Shown piece after piece: positions 7,136 to 16,546 of a stretch of DNA of 57,935 nt. Under the pieces are notes generated by a model, which saw only the letters and a list, made by a program, of their open reading frames with translations, ran no database searches and was not told the DNA's origin. The stretch is from a virus (taxonomy: Duplodnaviria; Caudoviricetes): the IMG/VR virus record IMGVR_UViG_3300049038_000008, positions 1-57,935 of that record; one strand, 5' to 3'. Position 1 is the stretch's first letter. Each line of letters opens with the position of its first letter. The position numbers were made by a program, and so were the translations under genes.

Positions 7136-7756
7136 GTGAATATGGAATATCACAAAATTGAAACGCTTTATGAGCGTGATGAAAAATTCAAGGTTCAACC
7201 AGGGGTGTTTAAGAATCGCACCTACACGCTACTTAAAGAGTGGTGGTTTACCGAAAAGATTGACGGCACCAACATTCGCTGTAACTGGAATGCCGCCGAT
7301 AAGAAAGTGGCATTTGGTGGGCGAACCGACAACGCACAAATCCACGCTGACCTAATTAGATGGCTCTATGAAAACATCACAGTGGAGAAAATGACAGCCC
7401 TTTTCCCTGAAACAAATATTGTCCTCTACGGTGAAGGCTACGGCGCAGGGATTCAAAAAGGTGGACTCTATAGCCCTGTTAAAAAGTTCATTCTCTTTGA
7501 TGTGCTGGCAGATTCAAGATGGTGGCTCAATTGGGAGAACACTGTTGACGTTGCGAATAAATTGGACATTGAAGCCGTTCCATTTATCGACGTGATGACG
7601 CTTGAGGATGCCACGGAGTTTGTACGGCGTGGGTTCTATTCAAAATTAGGTGACGGCACAATGAAGGCTGAAGGTGTGGTTGGTAGACCAGCAGAAACGC
7701 TATTCGATAAGAAAGGTAGTCGGTTAATTCTCAAACTGAAGACAAAGGATTTTTAG
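7136..7756 (+). CDS. RNA ligase, Rnl2-family adenylyltransferase domain
   Basis: YHKI, motif I TEKIDGTN, LYGEGYG, FILFDV, AEGVVGRP, ILKLK. Confidence 0.85.
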   Translation: MNMEYHKIETLYERDEKFKVQPGVFKNRTYTLLKEWWFTEKIDGTNIRCNWNAADKKVAFGGRTDNAQIHADLIRWLYENITVEKMTALFPETNIVLYGEGYGAGIQKGGLYSPVKKFILFDVLADSRWWLNWENTVDVANKLDIEAVPFIDVMTLEDATEFVRRGFYSKLGDGTMKAEGVVGRPAETLFDKKGSRLILKLKTKDF

Positions 7757-7808
7757 CCTATGCCCGACCCTTTATCCCTCATCCCCTCGGTCCGCCGCTG
7801 GAGAAGGC

Positions 7809-7826
7809 AAACCCTACGTAGGGTTT
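7809..7826. repeat. Perfect 18-bp palindrome (possible operator)
   Basis: AAACCCTACGTAGGGTTT, intergenic, 13 bp before ATG 7840. Confidence 0.5.
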
Positions 7827-7839
7827 TAGAGAAAAGCTT

Positions 7840-8034
7840 ATGACAGAAACTACTCAAACTGAAAAAGGCCGCTGGTGGGGTAAGGACTTCTGCCCGCATC
7901 CCGGTCAGCCCTGCATAGATGGCTGCTATTACTGTGGGAGAAGTGTCGGCTCGATTTCGGGCGACCATAACCACACGAAAACATCGTTGCAGAATGAGCC
8001 GGGTGAATACAGTTGCGTTTGTGAGGGGTGCTAA
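7840..8034 (+). CDS. Small Cys-rich hypothetical protein
   Basis: CYYCG and CVCEGC motifs. Confidence 0.55.
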   Translation: MTETTQTEKGRWWGKDFCPHPGQPCIDGCYYCGRSVGSISGDHNHTKTSLQNEPGEYSCVCEGC

Positions 8035-8240
8035 TGGACGTTATCGACAGAGGCATTGCCGCCATACGAAGGCAGAGGCAAAAGAGGTTTAGGTTGGTGT
8101 TGGCGATGCTGTTGGAAGAGGAAACTCCACAGACCTGTACTTGTTCGTTCGCCCCGTTGCATTTGGCGGTTTGCAAAGTTAGACCGAAGTTTGGAATGAA
8201 GAAATGATACAATCGCGCAAAACTTTTGGAGATGAAATAA

Positions 8241-8468
8241 ATGAAAACCTATAAATTGCGCGTTGTTGAACTGGCGAAAGAGCACGGTCTTGAAAACGCT
8301 AATCAGTTAATGAAAGCTGCCGATCTGAATAAAAAACCGGCATACGAAATATGGAACGGAGTATCAAAAAGCCTAACTCTGGAAACTATCGGAAAACTTT
8401 GCACCGTGTTCGATTGTGAGCCCGGAGATTTGTATATTGAAGTGAAAAACAAGAGAAAAAAGGGTTGA
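8241..8468 (+). CDS. Cro/C1-type HTH regulator (HTH_26-like)
   Basis: SLTLETIGKLCTVFDCEPGDL signature; GGAG RBS. Confidence 0.85.
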   Translation: MKTYKLRVVELAKEHGLENANQLMKAADLNKKPAYEIWNGVSKSLTLETIGKLCTVFDCEPGDLYIEVKNKRKKG

Positions 8469-8663
8469 AATACTGGGTCAACTACGGTAGACTTTCAATT
8501 GACAATTTGATGTAGATTTTGCCCCGCGCCATCTAGCGTGGAAACTTTCTGGCACGGGGTTGCTTTGAACAAGAAACCTTTGTTGGTTTTTGTTATCGGC
8601 AAGGCGAAGATTACCCACCTTTCCTGACAAAAATCAACGTAAACCGAAAACTTTTTAACCCAA

Positions 8664-9113
8664 ATGAAAGGAAATGACATGAACCTTAAACAAATGTTCC
8701 CTGGAAAATATCTTGGTGCCATCGACCTCGACAGCGATATTGATGTGACCATTATCAACATCAGCGAAACCGAAGTAACGAATGAAGGACAAAAAGAAAT
8801 CAAACCGATAATCATGTTCAAAGAGCTGGACAAGCCACTGATCTTGAACAAAACCAACGCAAATAAAATTGCTGAACTTTTACGATCTGATGAAACCGAC
8901 GACTGGATTGGTAAAAGAGTTACGCTCGGAGTTTCGACAGTGGAATCGTTTGGGAAATCAACCGATGCGGTAAGAGTCAGGCCGAAACTTCCACAACAAC
9001 GGCAAGCACAAGGTGCAGCGGCTAGACCAAGTACAGGTCAAGCTTATGGCAATCCCAGACCCCAGCAACGCCAGGACGTTGAAGAAGTTTATGAAGATGA
9101 GCCGCCGTTTTAA
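8664..9113 (+). CDS. Phage ssDNA-binding-like protein
   Basis: KYLGAIDL...ILNKTNA...DWIGKRVTL pattern; Q-rich linker; acidic SSB-like tail EDEPPF. Confidence 0.6.
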   Translation: MKGNDMNLKQMFPGKYLGAIDLDSDIDVTIINISETEVTNEGQKEIKPIIMFKELDKPLILNKTNANKIAELLRSDETDDWIGKRVTLGVSTVESFGKSTDAVRVRPKLPQQRQAQGAAARPSTGQAYGNPRPQQRQDVEEVYEDEPPF

Positions 9114-9125
9114 GGAGCGATTAAT

Positions 9126-9509
9126 TTGGCTTTAACGGGTAACAACATCGGGGGACGGCTGGTTATAAATTCTGGCCGTCACTCTTATAACAAATACGGA
9201 GCGGTTAAAACTACCGTTGACGGCATCCGCTTCGACTCACGCCGCGAAGCTGAAAGATACATAGACCTAAAGTATTTAGTTGGTCTGGGTGAAATTACCG
9301 ATCTGAAACTCCAGGTGGAGTTTGAGGTTATCCCGGCAATGGAAATCTGTGGACGGAAATATAGGCCAACGATCTACAGAGCGGATTTTACTTACTACGA
9401 CAACGGGAAATACATCGTGGAAGATTGTAAAGGAATGCGCACTAAGGAATATGCAATCAAACGCAAACTGATGAAACAAGTGCATGGAATCGAAGTGAAG
9501 GAATCATAA
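9126..9509 (+). CDS. DUF1064-family PD-(D/E)XK nuclease/resolvase
   Basis: NKYGAVKTTVDGIRFDSRREA...YRADFTY...VEDCKG...YAIKRKLM. Confidence 0.88.
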   Translation: MALTGNNIGGRLVINSGRHSYNKYGAVKTTVDGIRFDSRREAERYIDLKYLVGLGEITDLKLQVEFEVIPAMEICGRKYRPTIYRADFTYYDNGKYIVEDCKGMRTKEYAIKRKLMKQVHGIEVKES

Positions 9510-9510
9510 A

Positions 9511-9894
9511 ATGAAAACAAACGAGCTGTTTAATCAAAACCTGCCATTTGATCTAAAAAATGAACTACACCGATTATCTGCAAAACTTGAATTCGCTAAT
9601 GATGACCTGGAAGAAAAAGCTAACACCTGGGCTAATGCTGAGCATACTTATCGAAAAGCTAAATCTGCGGCCTTCATCCGTCATCAATCAGATGCCAGCG
9701 GAAACAAAATGACCATTCCGATGACACAGGCAATGGTTGATCGAGATTGCGAGGACCAAAGATTCAAAGCTTACCTAGCCAGAGCGCAAAAAGAGGCTGC
9801 ATTGGAAAAAGTGCGCAGTCTAAGAGCGCAACTCTCAGCATTACAAAGCGTGACAGCCAGTGTCAGGGCTGAACTTGAACTGACGAAGTATTAA
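9511..9894 (+). CDS. Coiled-coil protein, possibly a UvsY-like recombination mediator
   Basis: All-helical composition; lies in the recombination/replication cluster; family resemblance is weak. Confidence 0.45.
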   Translation: MKTNELFNQNLPFDLKNELHRLSAKLEFANDDLEEKANTWANAEHTYRKAKSAAFIRHQSDASGNKMTIPMTQAMVDRDCEDQRFKAYLARAQKEAALEKVRSLRAQLSALQSVTASVRAELELTKY

Positions 9895-9934
9895 AAGGGA
9901 GAAGAAACATTTTACTGATAAAGGGGCAAGCAAA

Positions 9935-10798
9935 GTGGCAAATGTAAGAAGGAAATCAGGGAAGTTTTTTTCTATCAGTCGAGCATTGGGGCAGGATGAA
10001 ACCTTATCGGCTGAAGCTGTGGGCGTAATGGCATATTTACTCAGCAAACCGGATGATTGGGAAGCGCAATTGACCGACATTGAAAGACGGTTCAAGATCG
10101 GCAGAGAAAAAAGGCAAAGGATAGTCCGAGAGCTTGAAGATGCGGGGTACATGGAGCGCATTGAAACCCGCGAAAACGGCAAATTCGATTATACGATTAT
10201 CGTACACGAAACCCCTTTGCCGTCACATAAACGCACCAAGGAAACGACTAGAGCCACAACTGAAAAACCGCAAAACCAAGAAGAAAATGAGCCGTCTGCG
10301 GATGAACCGTCAACGGCAAACCCGTCAACGGTTAAACCGTCAACGGTAAACCCGTCTACTTATATATATACAGATAAACAAGAAACAGATATACAGAAGA
10401 CTTTATCTGAAGATAAAGGGAGCGATTCGCTCCACGCCAAAAAAGAATCTGCCAAAACCTCACATAAAGACGTGAGGGCGAATCATGCCGCAATTACCGC
10501 TGTTAGAAAATTTTTACCCGATAACAAATACCCCAACAAATTAACCTGGGATGGGATTATTGAGAGTCTTGGCGAGAATCCCGACATCGGCAAACTAGAA
10601 TATTGCGCTAAAGCCTGGGCAACGATTTCAAAAAATATGTACAACCTGACCTGGGTTTTGGAATGGTATCAAAACGGTGTACCTGATCGAGTGAAGGCGA
10701 ATCTTAAACCACCCCCACAAGCCAATAATTCAAGTTTTGGTGTTATCCCCGGCACGAATGTTTATTACCGTCGCAGAGCAACGGAGGTTAATCAGTGA
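9935..10798 (+). CDS. Replication initiator protein (N-terminal winged HTH, O-like)
   Basis: LSAEAVGVMAYLLSKPDDW...ELEDAGY pattern; internal iterons. Confidence 0.8.
   Translation: MANVRRKSGKFFSISRALGQDETLSAEAVGVMAYLLSKPDDWEAQLTDIERRFKIGREKRQRIVRELEDAGYMERIETRENGKFDYTIIVHETPLPSHKRTKETTRATTEKPQNQEENEPSADEPSTANPSTVKPSTVNPSTYIYTDKQETDIQKTLSEDKGSDSLHAKKESAKTSHKDVRANHAAITAVRKFLPDNKYPNKLTWDGIIESLGENPDIGKLEYCAKAWATISKNMYNLTWVLEWYQNGVPDRVKANLKPPPQANNSSFGVIPGTNVYYRRRATEVNQ
10292..10370 (+). repeat. Putative replication origin: five 15-bp iterons plus AT tract
   Basis: CCGTC(A/T)... units at 10292, 10307, 10322, 10337, 10352 (core CCGTCAACGG), followed by TATATATATA at 10361-10370. Confidence 0.7.
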
Positions 10799-11649
10799 AA
10801 ACCGACTTGGTTAATATTTATCTTGCTGGCAAAGTCAACGGCAAGAAAGTCGAACTCTCCCAAAAGGTAACTGAGAGTGTTGGCCGGAAATCAATCAAAT
10901 GGTTGCGGTCTGACGGGAAAAATCACTCTGAGCATAGTTGGGGGTTTGCTTCATACGCCTATAACAGTTCCTCGCTTCGAGACTGGTTAGAAGAGAGTTT
11001 TATTAGCCGGTTAGCGGTGTCTGATTTTTTGTTGGGCTATGTCGAAACCCCTGATTCGTTCGGTACGATTGCAGAAATCGCTTATGCTTCATCACGCGGC
11101 AAGCATTCATACCTTTTGATTCAAGATTGTAACTCACCGGAATCGAGTTGTAGTTGCGGTCACGGTTGCGGCGACTGTGGTTTTCCTAATCCCCTTTATG
11201 ATGCGTATTGGTTTGTTTCTCATTTCCCGAATGTGACCGCGATTCAGGTCAGTTCTTTTGATCGTGCGGTTGAGAAGGCTATCCAGATTTGCCGGATGGA
11301 TTCCCCGATTGAGCATAAGCTTTTCCAGTCTCTTTGTTGCCGTCACTATGACAATTTTCAGACTCAATTCAAAATTGGTCAGTATCGGGTAGATTTCGCT
11401 TACGAATATCCCAAGATTGCCATTGAAGTTGACGGCCACGAATACCACTCAACCAAAGAACAACGCGGCAGGGATGCCCAAAGGGATAGGTTTATTCAAG
11501 CCGAGGGTTGGCGTGTACTTCGCTACACCGGCACTGAGGTTTTTAATAATCCTGATAAGTGTGCCAGTGAAATAAATTCTATTGTGCAGAATTTTTACAG
11601 GTCTAAACCTGAAACTCCGTTAGTAAATTTCTTTGGAGCAAGTCAATGA
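10795..11649 (+). CDS. Fusion of nucleoside 2-deoxyribosyltransferase-like domain and DUF559 (Vsr-like) endonuclease
   Basis: N-terminal IYLAG...SDFLL...GTIAEIAYA; C-terminal SPIE...YRVDF...IAIEVDGHEYH...DAQRDRF...GWRVLRYTG. Confidence 0.75.
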   Translation: MKTDLVNIYLAGKVNGKKVELSQKVTESVGRKSIKWLRSDGKNHSEHSWGFASYAYNSSSLRDWLEESFISRLAVSDFLLGYVETPDSFGTIAEIAYASSRGKHSYLLIQDCNSPESSCSCGHGCGDCGFPNPLYDAYWFVSHFPNVTAIQVSSFDRAVEKAIQICRMDSPIEHKLFQSLCCRHYDNFQTQFKIGQYRVDFAYEYPKIAIEVDGHEYHSTKEQRGRDAQRDRFIQAEGWRVLRYTGTEVFNNPDKCASEINSIVQNFYRSKPETPLVNFFGASQ

Positions 11650-13514
11650 ACATTGGTGAAGTCTCGGAAAAACTCAGCCATCGCGCCGATGAAATAGCCA
11701 TTTACCTTTTACCGCGTGGCCGGAAATCCGGTGGGTATTGGAAGGTCGGCAATATTGACGGCGATGCGGGTGATTCTCTGGCTATCCACCTTGACGGAGT
11801 GAAGGCGGGTCACTGGACCGATTTTGCCACCGGGGAATATGGCGACCTCATAGACCTCTGGAAAGCCGTCAAGGGTACGACCATGACGGAAGCTTTCAGA
11901 CAGGCTAAAGCCTATCTCGGAATAAATGAGCCTCAGTTCCAACCGAAGAAAAGTAAAACATATCGAGAAGCTAAAGCCGAGAAGGGGGTTAAGAAAGTTA
12001 GTGTCGGTTCACCAGTTTATGAATATTTGACCACGGAGCGAGGTTTAACTGCGGAAATAATTTCACTGTACTGTCTTGGCGAGAAAGAAGAAGGCGACAG
12101 GTGGTTAATCGTCTTTCCACTAAAACGAGATAATAAAATTATAAATATAAAATATCTCTATCTCGATAGACCTGACGGGAAAAAGGATACCCGACTAACT
12201 ACAGGATGCGAATTATGTTTATTCGGTTGGCAGACTATTAGCGACAATGACCGCGAAGTGATTATTTGTGAAGGCGAGATTGATGCGATGAGCTGGCGTC
12301 AGCAAGGCTATGCGGCTTTGTCGGTTCCGAACGGTTGCAAGTCCCTGGCCTGGATTGAAAACGACTATGAACGCTTGGAGCGGTTTCAAACTATATCGCT
12401 TTCTTTCGATATGGATGAGGAAGGCAGGAATGCTATACCGAAAATTATTAGTCGTTTAGGCCAAGACCGAATACGTGACATAAAACTACCTGTTAAAGAT
12501 GCTAACGAGTTATTGCTTGGTGGGGGTGATTTTTCAAAATGTTTTGATCTGGCTGCATATCAAGACCCAACAGAGCTAAAGAACGCCGCGCATTTTACAG
12601 AGTTGGTTATAGAAACCTTTTATCCATCCGGAGGTGAAGACCCCGGTTTTGTCTTACCGTTTTCCTATCTGAAAAAACGATTCCGGTTTCGCCCCGGTGA
12701 ATTAACCGTTTGGTCAGGCACTAACGGCCACGGCAAAAGCTTAATTCTGTCTTATGCGACTATTGCTTCTGCGTTTCAGAGTGAGCGGCTTTGTATAGCT
12801 TCGACTGAGGTTTCTCCGCAACAGTGGTTGAATCGAGCGGTTAAGCAGGTGACGGCACAGGAAAGACCAAGCGTGGAATTTATCAAGTTTGCAATGCGAT
12901 GGTTCGGGCAATGGATGTGGGTTTTTAATGTCGTCGGGAAATCCAAGGCTGAAAGAGTTGTCGAGGTTTTTGAATACGCTCGAAAGCGATATGGTATCCG
13001 GCAGTTTGCTATAGACAGCCTGATGAAGCTTGGTTTTGCTGATGACGATTATAACGGGCAGAAAAACTTTGTTGAGATATTGGCGGATTACGCCTTGCAT
13101 AATGGGGTTCACGTTCACCTCGTAGCGCATTCCCGTAAAGGTGAAAACGAATCCAAGGCCAGTCGGAAAATGGATGTGAAAGGTTCAGGCGCGATAACCG
13201 ATCTTGCCAGCAATGTCATAACCATTTGGAAAAACAAACCGAAATTTGAAGAGTTGCGCAATGTCGAGTTGCAGGGGACGCCGCCAAGTATGGACACCCT
13301 TGAGCAGCCGGACTTTGTTTTGCATTTTGAAAAGCAACGTAACGGTGAATGGGAAGGCAAAGTCCCTCTGTGGTTCCGCTCAAACTGTTTGCAGTTTGTC
13401 GAAGATATTGACGATGTACCGCGCACCTGGATTATGGAGCCAACCGGGGATTATGAACCATCGCCGGATGATGATGAATTTAATGTTGATATTTCTTCGT
13501 GGGTGACGCAATGA
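11646..13514 (+). CDS. Bifunctional primase-helicase (TOPRIM + SF4, Twinkle/T7 gp4-like)
   Basis: ICEGEIDAMS, FDMDEEG, KDANE; Walker A GTNGHGKS; IDSL; LVAHSRK; KGSGAITD; KQRNG. Confidence 0.92.
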   Translation: MNIGEVSEKLSHRADEIAIYLLPRGRKSGGYWKVGNIDGDAGDSLAIHLDGVKAGHWTDFATGEYGDLIDLWKAVKGTTMTEAFRQAKAYLGINEPQFQPKKSKTYREAKAEKGVKKVSVGSPVYEYLTTERGLTAEIISLYCLGEKEEGDRWLIVFPLKRDNKIINIKYLYLDRPDGKKDTRLTTGCELCLFGWQTISDNDREVIICEGEIDAMSWRQQGYAALSVPNGCKSLAWIENDYERLERFQTISLSFDMDEEGRNAIPKIISRLGQDRIRDIKLPVKDANELLLGGGDFSKCFDLAAYQDPTELKNAAHFTELVIETFYPSGGEDPGFVLPFSYLKKRFRFRPGELTVWSGTNGHGKSLILSYATIASAFQSERLCIASTEVSPQQWLNRAVKQVTAQERPSVEFIKFAMRWFGQWMWVFNVVGKSKAERVVEVFEYARKRYGIRQFAIDSLMKLGFADDDYNGQKNFVEILADYALHNGVHVHLVAHSRKGENESKASRKMDVKGSGAITDLASNVITIWKNKPKFEELRNVELQGTPPSMDTLEQPDFVLHFEKQRNGEWEGKVPLWFRSNCLQFVEDIDDVPRTWIMEPTGDYEPSPDDDEFNVDISSWVTQ

Positions 13515-13924
13515 AAGAAGACCGGCTAAATAAAATTTATAACCTTTTGGATGTTGCTATAGTCGAAGCAAAGAAAACCTCTTTTCTCGATTTGCATAGT
13601 GTTACTAGCGAGGCCAAGGTTGCTCATCTTCGACTGGTTGAGGCTGTGGAGGCTTGTGCGGAAAAGCAATGCTCCCTTGATGAAGTGAAGGCAAAATTTC
13701 AACTATGGATTGCTGAGATTCAAGCGGAAGAAGGGATTTGTATAAACTGCAATGGTTCTATTGCCTTCGTTAAAGGTAAGGCCATGTGCGGTTCTTGCGG
13801 GGTATTTATATGCGTATTGAACAACTCTTCAGAAGAGAAAAAGTCAGCGCCGATCAAGCCAAAGGCGAATTTGTTGGAGTTCCCAAAGAACGAGCCGAAT
13901 TTGTTCTCAAACTTGAAAGCCTGA
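13511..13924 (+). CDS. Hypothetical protein with C-terminal Zn ribbon
   Basis: CINC...CGSC; ATGA overlap with the helicase stop. Confidence 0.6.
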   Translation: MKEDRLNKIYNLLDVAIVEAKKTSFLDLHSVTSEAKVAHLRLVEAVEACAEKQCSLDEVKAKFQLWIAEIQAEEGICINCNGSIAFVKGKAMCGSCGVFICVLNNSSEEKKSAPIKPKANLLEFPKNEPNLFSNLKA

Positions 13925-14175
13925 TTCCCTTAAATGAGGGTTATTATGTCGGCATTTACAAGTTTGTTGATGATAAAGGTAATCAGGTGGTTCATTTTGC
14001 AAGTAAAGATGCGCCTTATTCGGTTGGGATGAAATACAAGATTCGTGCAACAGTAAAAAGGCATAGTGTTTATGCTGGAGCAAAACAAACTTCAATACTT
14101 CGATTGAAAAAACTTGAGGTTATAGATGAGTCGGTGTTGGCTGATAATGCAGATGATTCGTGGATGGATATTTAA
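13810..14175 (+). CDS. Hypothetical protein, OB-fold-like
   Basis: KFVDDKGNQVVHF...IRATVKRH...KQT pattern; acidic tail; start uncertain. Confidence 0.55.
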   Translation: MRIEQLFRREKVSADQAKGEFVGVPKERAEFVLKLESLIPLNEGYYVGIYKFVDDKGNQVVHFASKDAPYSVGMKYKIRATVKRHSVYAGAKQTSILRLKKLEVIDESVLADNADDSWMDI

Positions 14176-14186
14176 CAGGTGAACAA

Positions 14187-14384
14187 ATGGCTATAAAACG
14201 CAATGCGCAAGTTTATAAAGTGAAGGCAAAAATTCAACGTGATGGAATTGAGGATTACTGGCTTAGAGTCGGAACAGCCGCAGAGTGTGAAGGCGGGAAA
14301 ATAATTATTACGCTTGATGCGCTTCCATTGCATTCAAAAGGCGTATTGATGCTTTTCCCTAAAGATGCAGAAGGGGAAGTTTAG
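14187..14384 (+). CDS. Conserved small phage protein
   Basis: YWLRVGTA...ITLDALP pattern; AGGTG RBS. Confidence 0.6.
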   Translation: MAIKRNAQVYKVKAKIQRDGIEDYWLRVGTAAECEGGKIIITLDALPLHSKGVLMLFPKDAEGEV

Positions 14385-14436
14385 TACTGAAGTAGCCACC
14401 CACCCCGGCAGCGGGCGGCGAGAGAGAGGGAGAAAG

Positions 14437-15510
14437 TTGATAAACTTTGACTTAGTACAAAAAGAAATAGAAACCGGCTACATCGCGGTACAACGCCACC
14501 CGACTGAGAATCTGCGAATCCTGAACTACACGGCAAAGGCGCAGTATGACCAACGATGGACTGATGAGGTGAAAATATGTCGTGGTCTTATCGTTGACGG
14601 TGATAATCAAATCGTGGCGCGACCCTTTGCAAAGTTTTTCAACGCTGACCAACACCAACGCTCTGACCTCGTTTGGTCAAAGCCCTTCACTGTGACCGAA
14701 AAGCTAGACGGCTCATTAGGGATACTCTACAAGACGGCGAACGGGTTGTTCATTGCGACGCGGGGTAGTTTTACGTCCGAGCAAGCAAACAGAGCAACCG
14801 AAATTCTGCACGACAGATACCTTGATATTGTGGTGCCTGATGGACTCACGCCGCTATTTGAAATCATCTATCCATCTAATCGAGTCGTGGTTGACTACGG
14901 CGACCTGAGCGATTTGATTTTACTGACGGTGATTGATAATCAGACCGGCGCTGATGCAGCCTGTAGCCCACAGGAAGCGGCGAAGCTCATCAATTGGTCT
15001 GGCAGGGTGGCGCAATCGTATCCGATTGAATGCAAGCCAACTGATGTCATTGCGGCGCTCGGTTTGCCGCAGGATGGAAGCGTGGAAGGAATCGTTTTGC
15101 GGTTCGATTACCCCAAAGGTCAACACACGCGCATTAAGGTTAAGACCGACGAATACAAGCGCCTTCACAAACTAATCACGGGCGTCAATGCGCGGCATAT
15201 CTGGGAAGCGTTGCGCGATGGCTTACCGCTGGAGCCGCTTATTGAGCGTGTGCCGGATGAGTATTATCAATGGGTGAAGGCGACAGAGAAAGAATTGCGG
15301 ACGGCCTATGCCGAAATCGAAATGCTTTGCCAGTCTGATTACAAAGGACTGAGAAAAGCGATTGCGCAATACTTTCAAACCTGTGCTCATCCAGGCGTTT
15401 TGTTTTCTATGCTTGATGGCAAGGATTACAGCAACCATATTTGGAAGCAAATCAGACCACAGGCTGCACGGGCTTTTAGGTGTGATGGCGAAAGCGAGTC
15501 CACCCCATGA
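14437..15510 (+). CDS. T4 RnlA (Rnl1)-family RNA ligase
   Basis: ILNY, CRGLI, ARPFAKFFN, motif I EKLDGSL, ATRGSF, FEII, EGIV, IKVK; TTG start after GGGAG. Confidence 0.9.
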   Translation: MINFDLVQKEIETGYIAVQRHPTENLRILNYTAKAQYDQRWTDEVKICRGLIVDGDNQIVARPFAKFFNADQHQRSDLVWSKPFTVTEKLDGSLGILYKTANGLFIATRGSFTSEQANRATEILHDRYLDIVVPDGLTPLFEIIYPSNRVVVDYGDLSDLILLTVIDNQTGADAACSPQEAAKLINWSGRVAQSYPIECKPTDVIAALGLPQDGSVEGIVLRFDYPKGQHTRIKVKTDEYKRLHKLITGVNARHIWEALRDGLPLEPLIERVPDEYYQWVKATEKELRTAYAEIEMLCQSDYKGLRKAIAQYFQTCAHPGVLFSMLDGKDYSNHIWKQIRPQAARAFRCDGESESTP

Positions 15511-15747
15511 CCTACGAACAATTCATTCTTGCCAACCCCACACCCGGACGCGCCCACCCAGACGCTCATTGCGCGGGCGCTGCACGGCGGTTGAAGGGGT
15601 GGAATTGAGGATTGAGGTGAGAGAAGATACCAAAAACGCAATAGCAGCAATCTCTGTACTCGCAGGCTATTTCCTATGCGTCATCGTCTTGCCGCTGCTC
15701 TTAGCGGTGTTGGCAATTCTGGCGCTGGTTAAATATTTGGGGGAGTG

Positions 15748-15936
15748 ATGGCAGACATATCAATTAGTGAAGTCAAACGCAAAGCCGAAGAAATGGATGA
15801 TGCTATTAGCGGTTTAATCAAGGCATTCAATCAAGAGACTGGTTGCCGGGTTAAATCTATTTATTTAGATTCAGACATGACCGTTGGCGGCGAGATGATT
15901 TATATCACCGTAAAATCTGAAATTGAATTGAGGTGA
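15748..15936 (+). CDS. Hypothetical protein
   Basis: ORF track; GGGGAG RBS. Confidence 0.55.
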   Translation: MADISISEVKRKAEEMDDAISGLIKAFNQETGCRVKSIYLDSDMTVGGEMIYITVKSEIELR

Positions 15937-15940
15937 ACCA

Positions 15941-16165
15941 ATGGACAAAGAAAAACTACAACAGGCAGTTGAAACCGCAGGCCGTCTTGTTGACGCAATC
16001 AAACAAGCGGCTGACGCCATAAGAAGCATTGCCGATTTCAAACCGATAAGTGAAAGAGCACTAAACCGCTTTCACGGGATTCTGGCCTATGAAGGCGCGG
16101 GGTGTCCGTATGGTAAAAGTGTCAGAGGGTTTAAGAAGTGGAGGAAACAGCAATGTACTACTTAG
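15941..16165 (+). CDS. Hypothetical protein
   Basis: ORF track; GAGGTG RBS. Confidence 0.6.
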   Translation: MDKEKLQQAVETAGRLVDAIKQAADAIRSIADFKPISERALNRFHGILAYEGAGCPYGKSVRGFKKWRKQQCTT

Positions 16166-16315
16166 GTTTCACAATCGGGAAACTCGCCAAACTCTTTCGA
16201 CAGATGAAGGCGGATTTTATAGATGGCTACGTGGAGGCGGTGAAAGAAAAAGAGGCTGAATTGCCGCCCGAATTCTTGTTGATTTTAGAACGCTTGAAAG
16301 CTAAAAGGTGAACCA

Positions 16316-16504
16316 ATGGATAAAACAGCACTGGTAGTCTCAATCATCGCCTTAATCACTTCGATCTCATCACTCATCGGCTGCATCTGGTTTGAGATTC
16401 GTATGAGCAATCGGGATATGAGAGAGAGGCGGGAAAGATTCAATGAGCAGCGCAAGCGTGGGGCAAGTCGGATTGACAGGGAAAAATCTTTGGAGGTGAA
16501 GTGA
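16316..16504 (+). CDS. Small membrane protein
   Basis: N-terminal TM segment, basic tail; AGGTG RBS. Confidence 0.55.
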   Translation: MDKTALVVSIIALITSISSLIGCIWFEIRMSNRDMRERRERFNEQRKRGASRIDREKSLEVK

Positions 16505-16546
16505 TGGCGAGGGGGAAGGAGGATGTTTTTAATAACATAAAATAAT

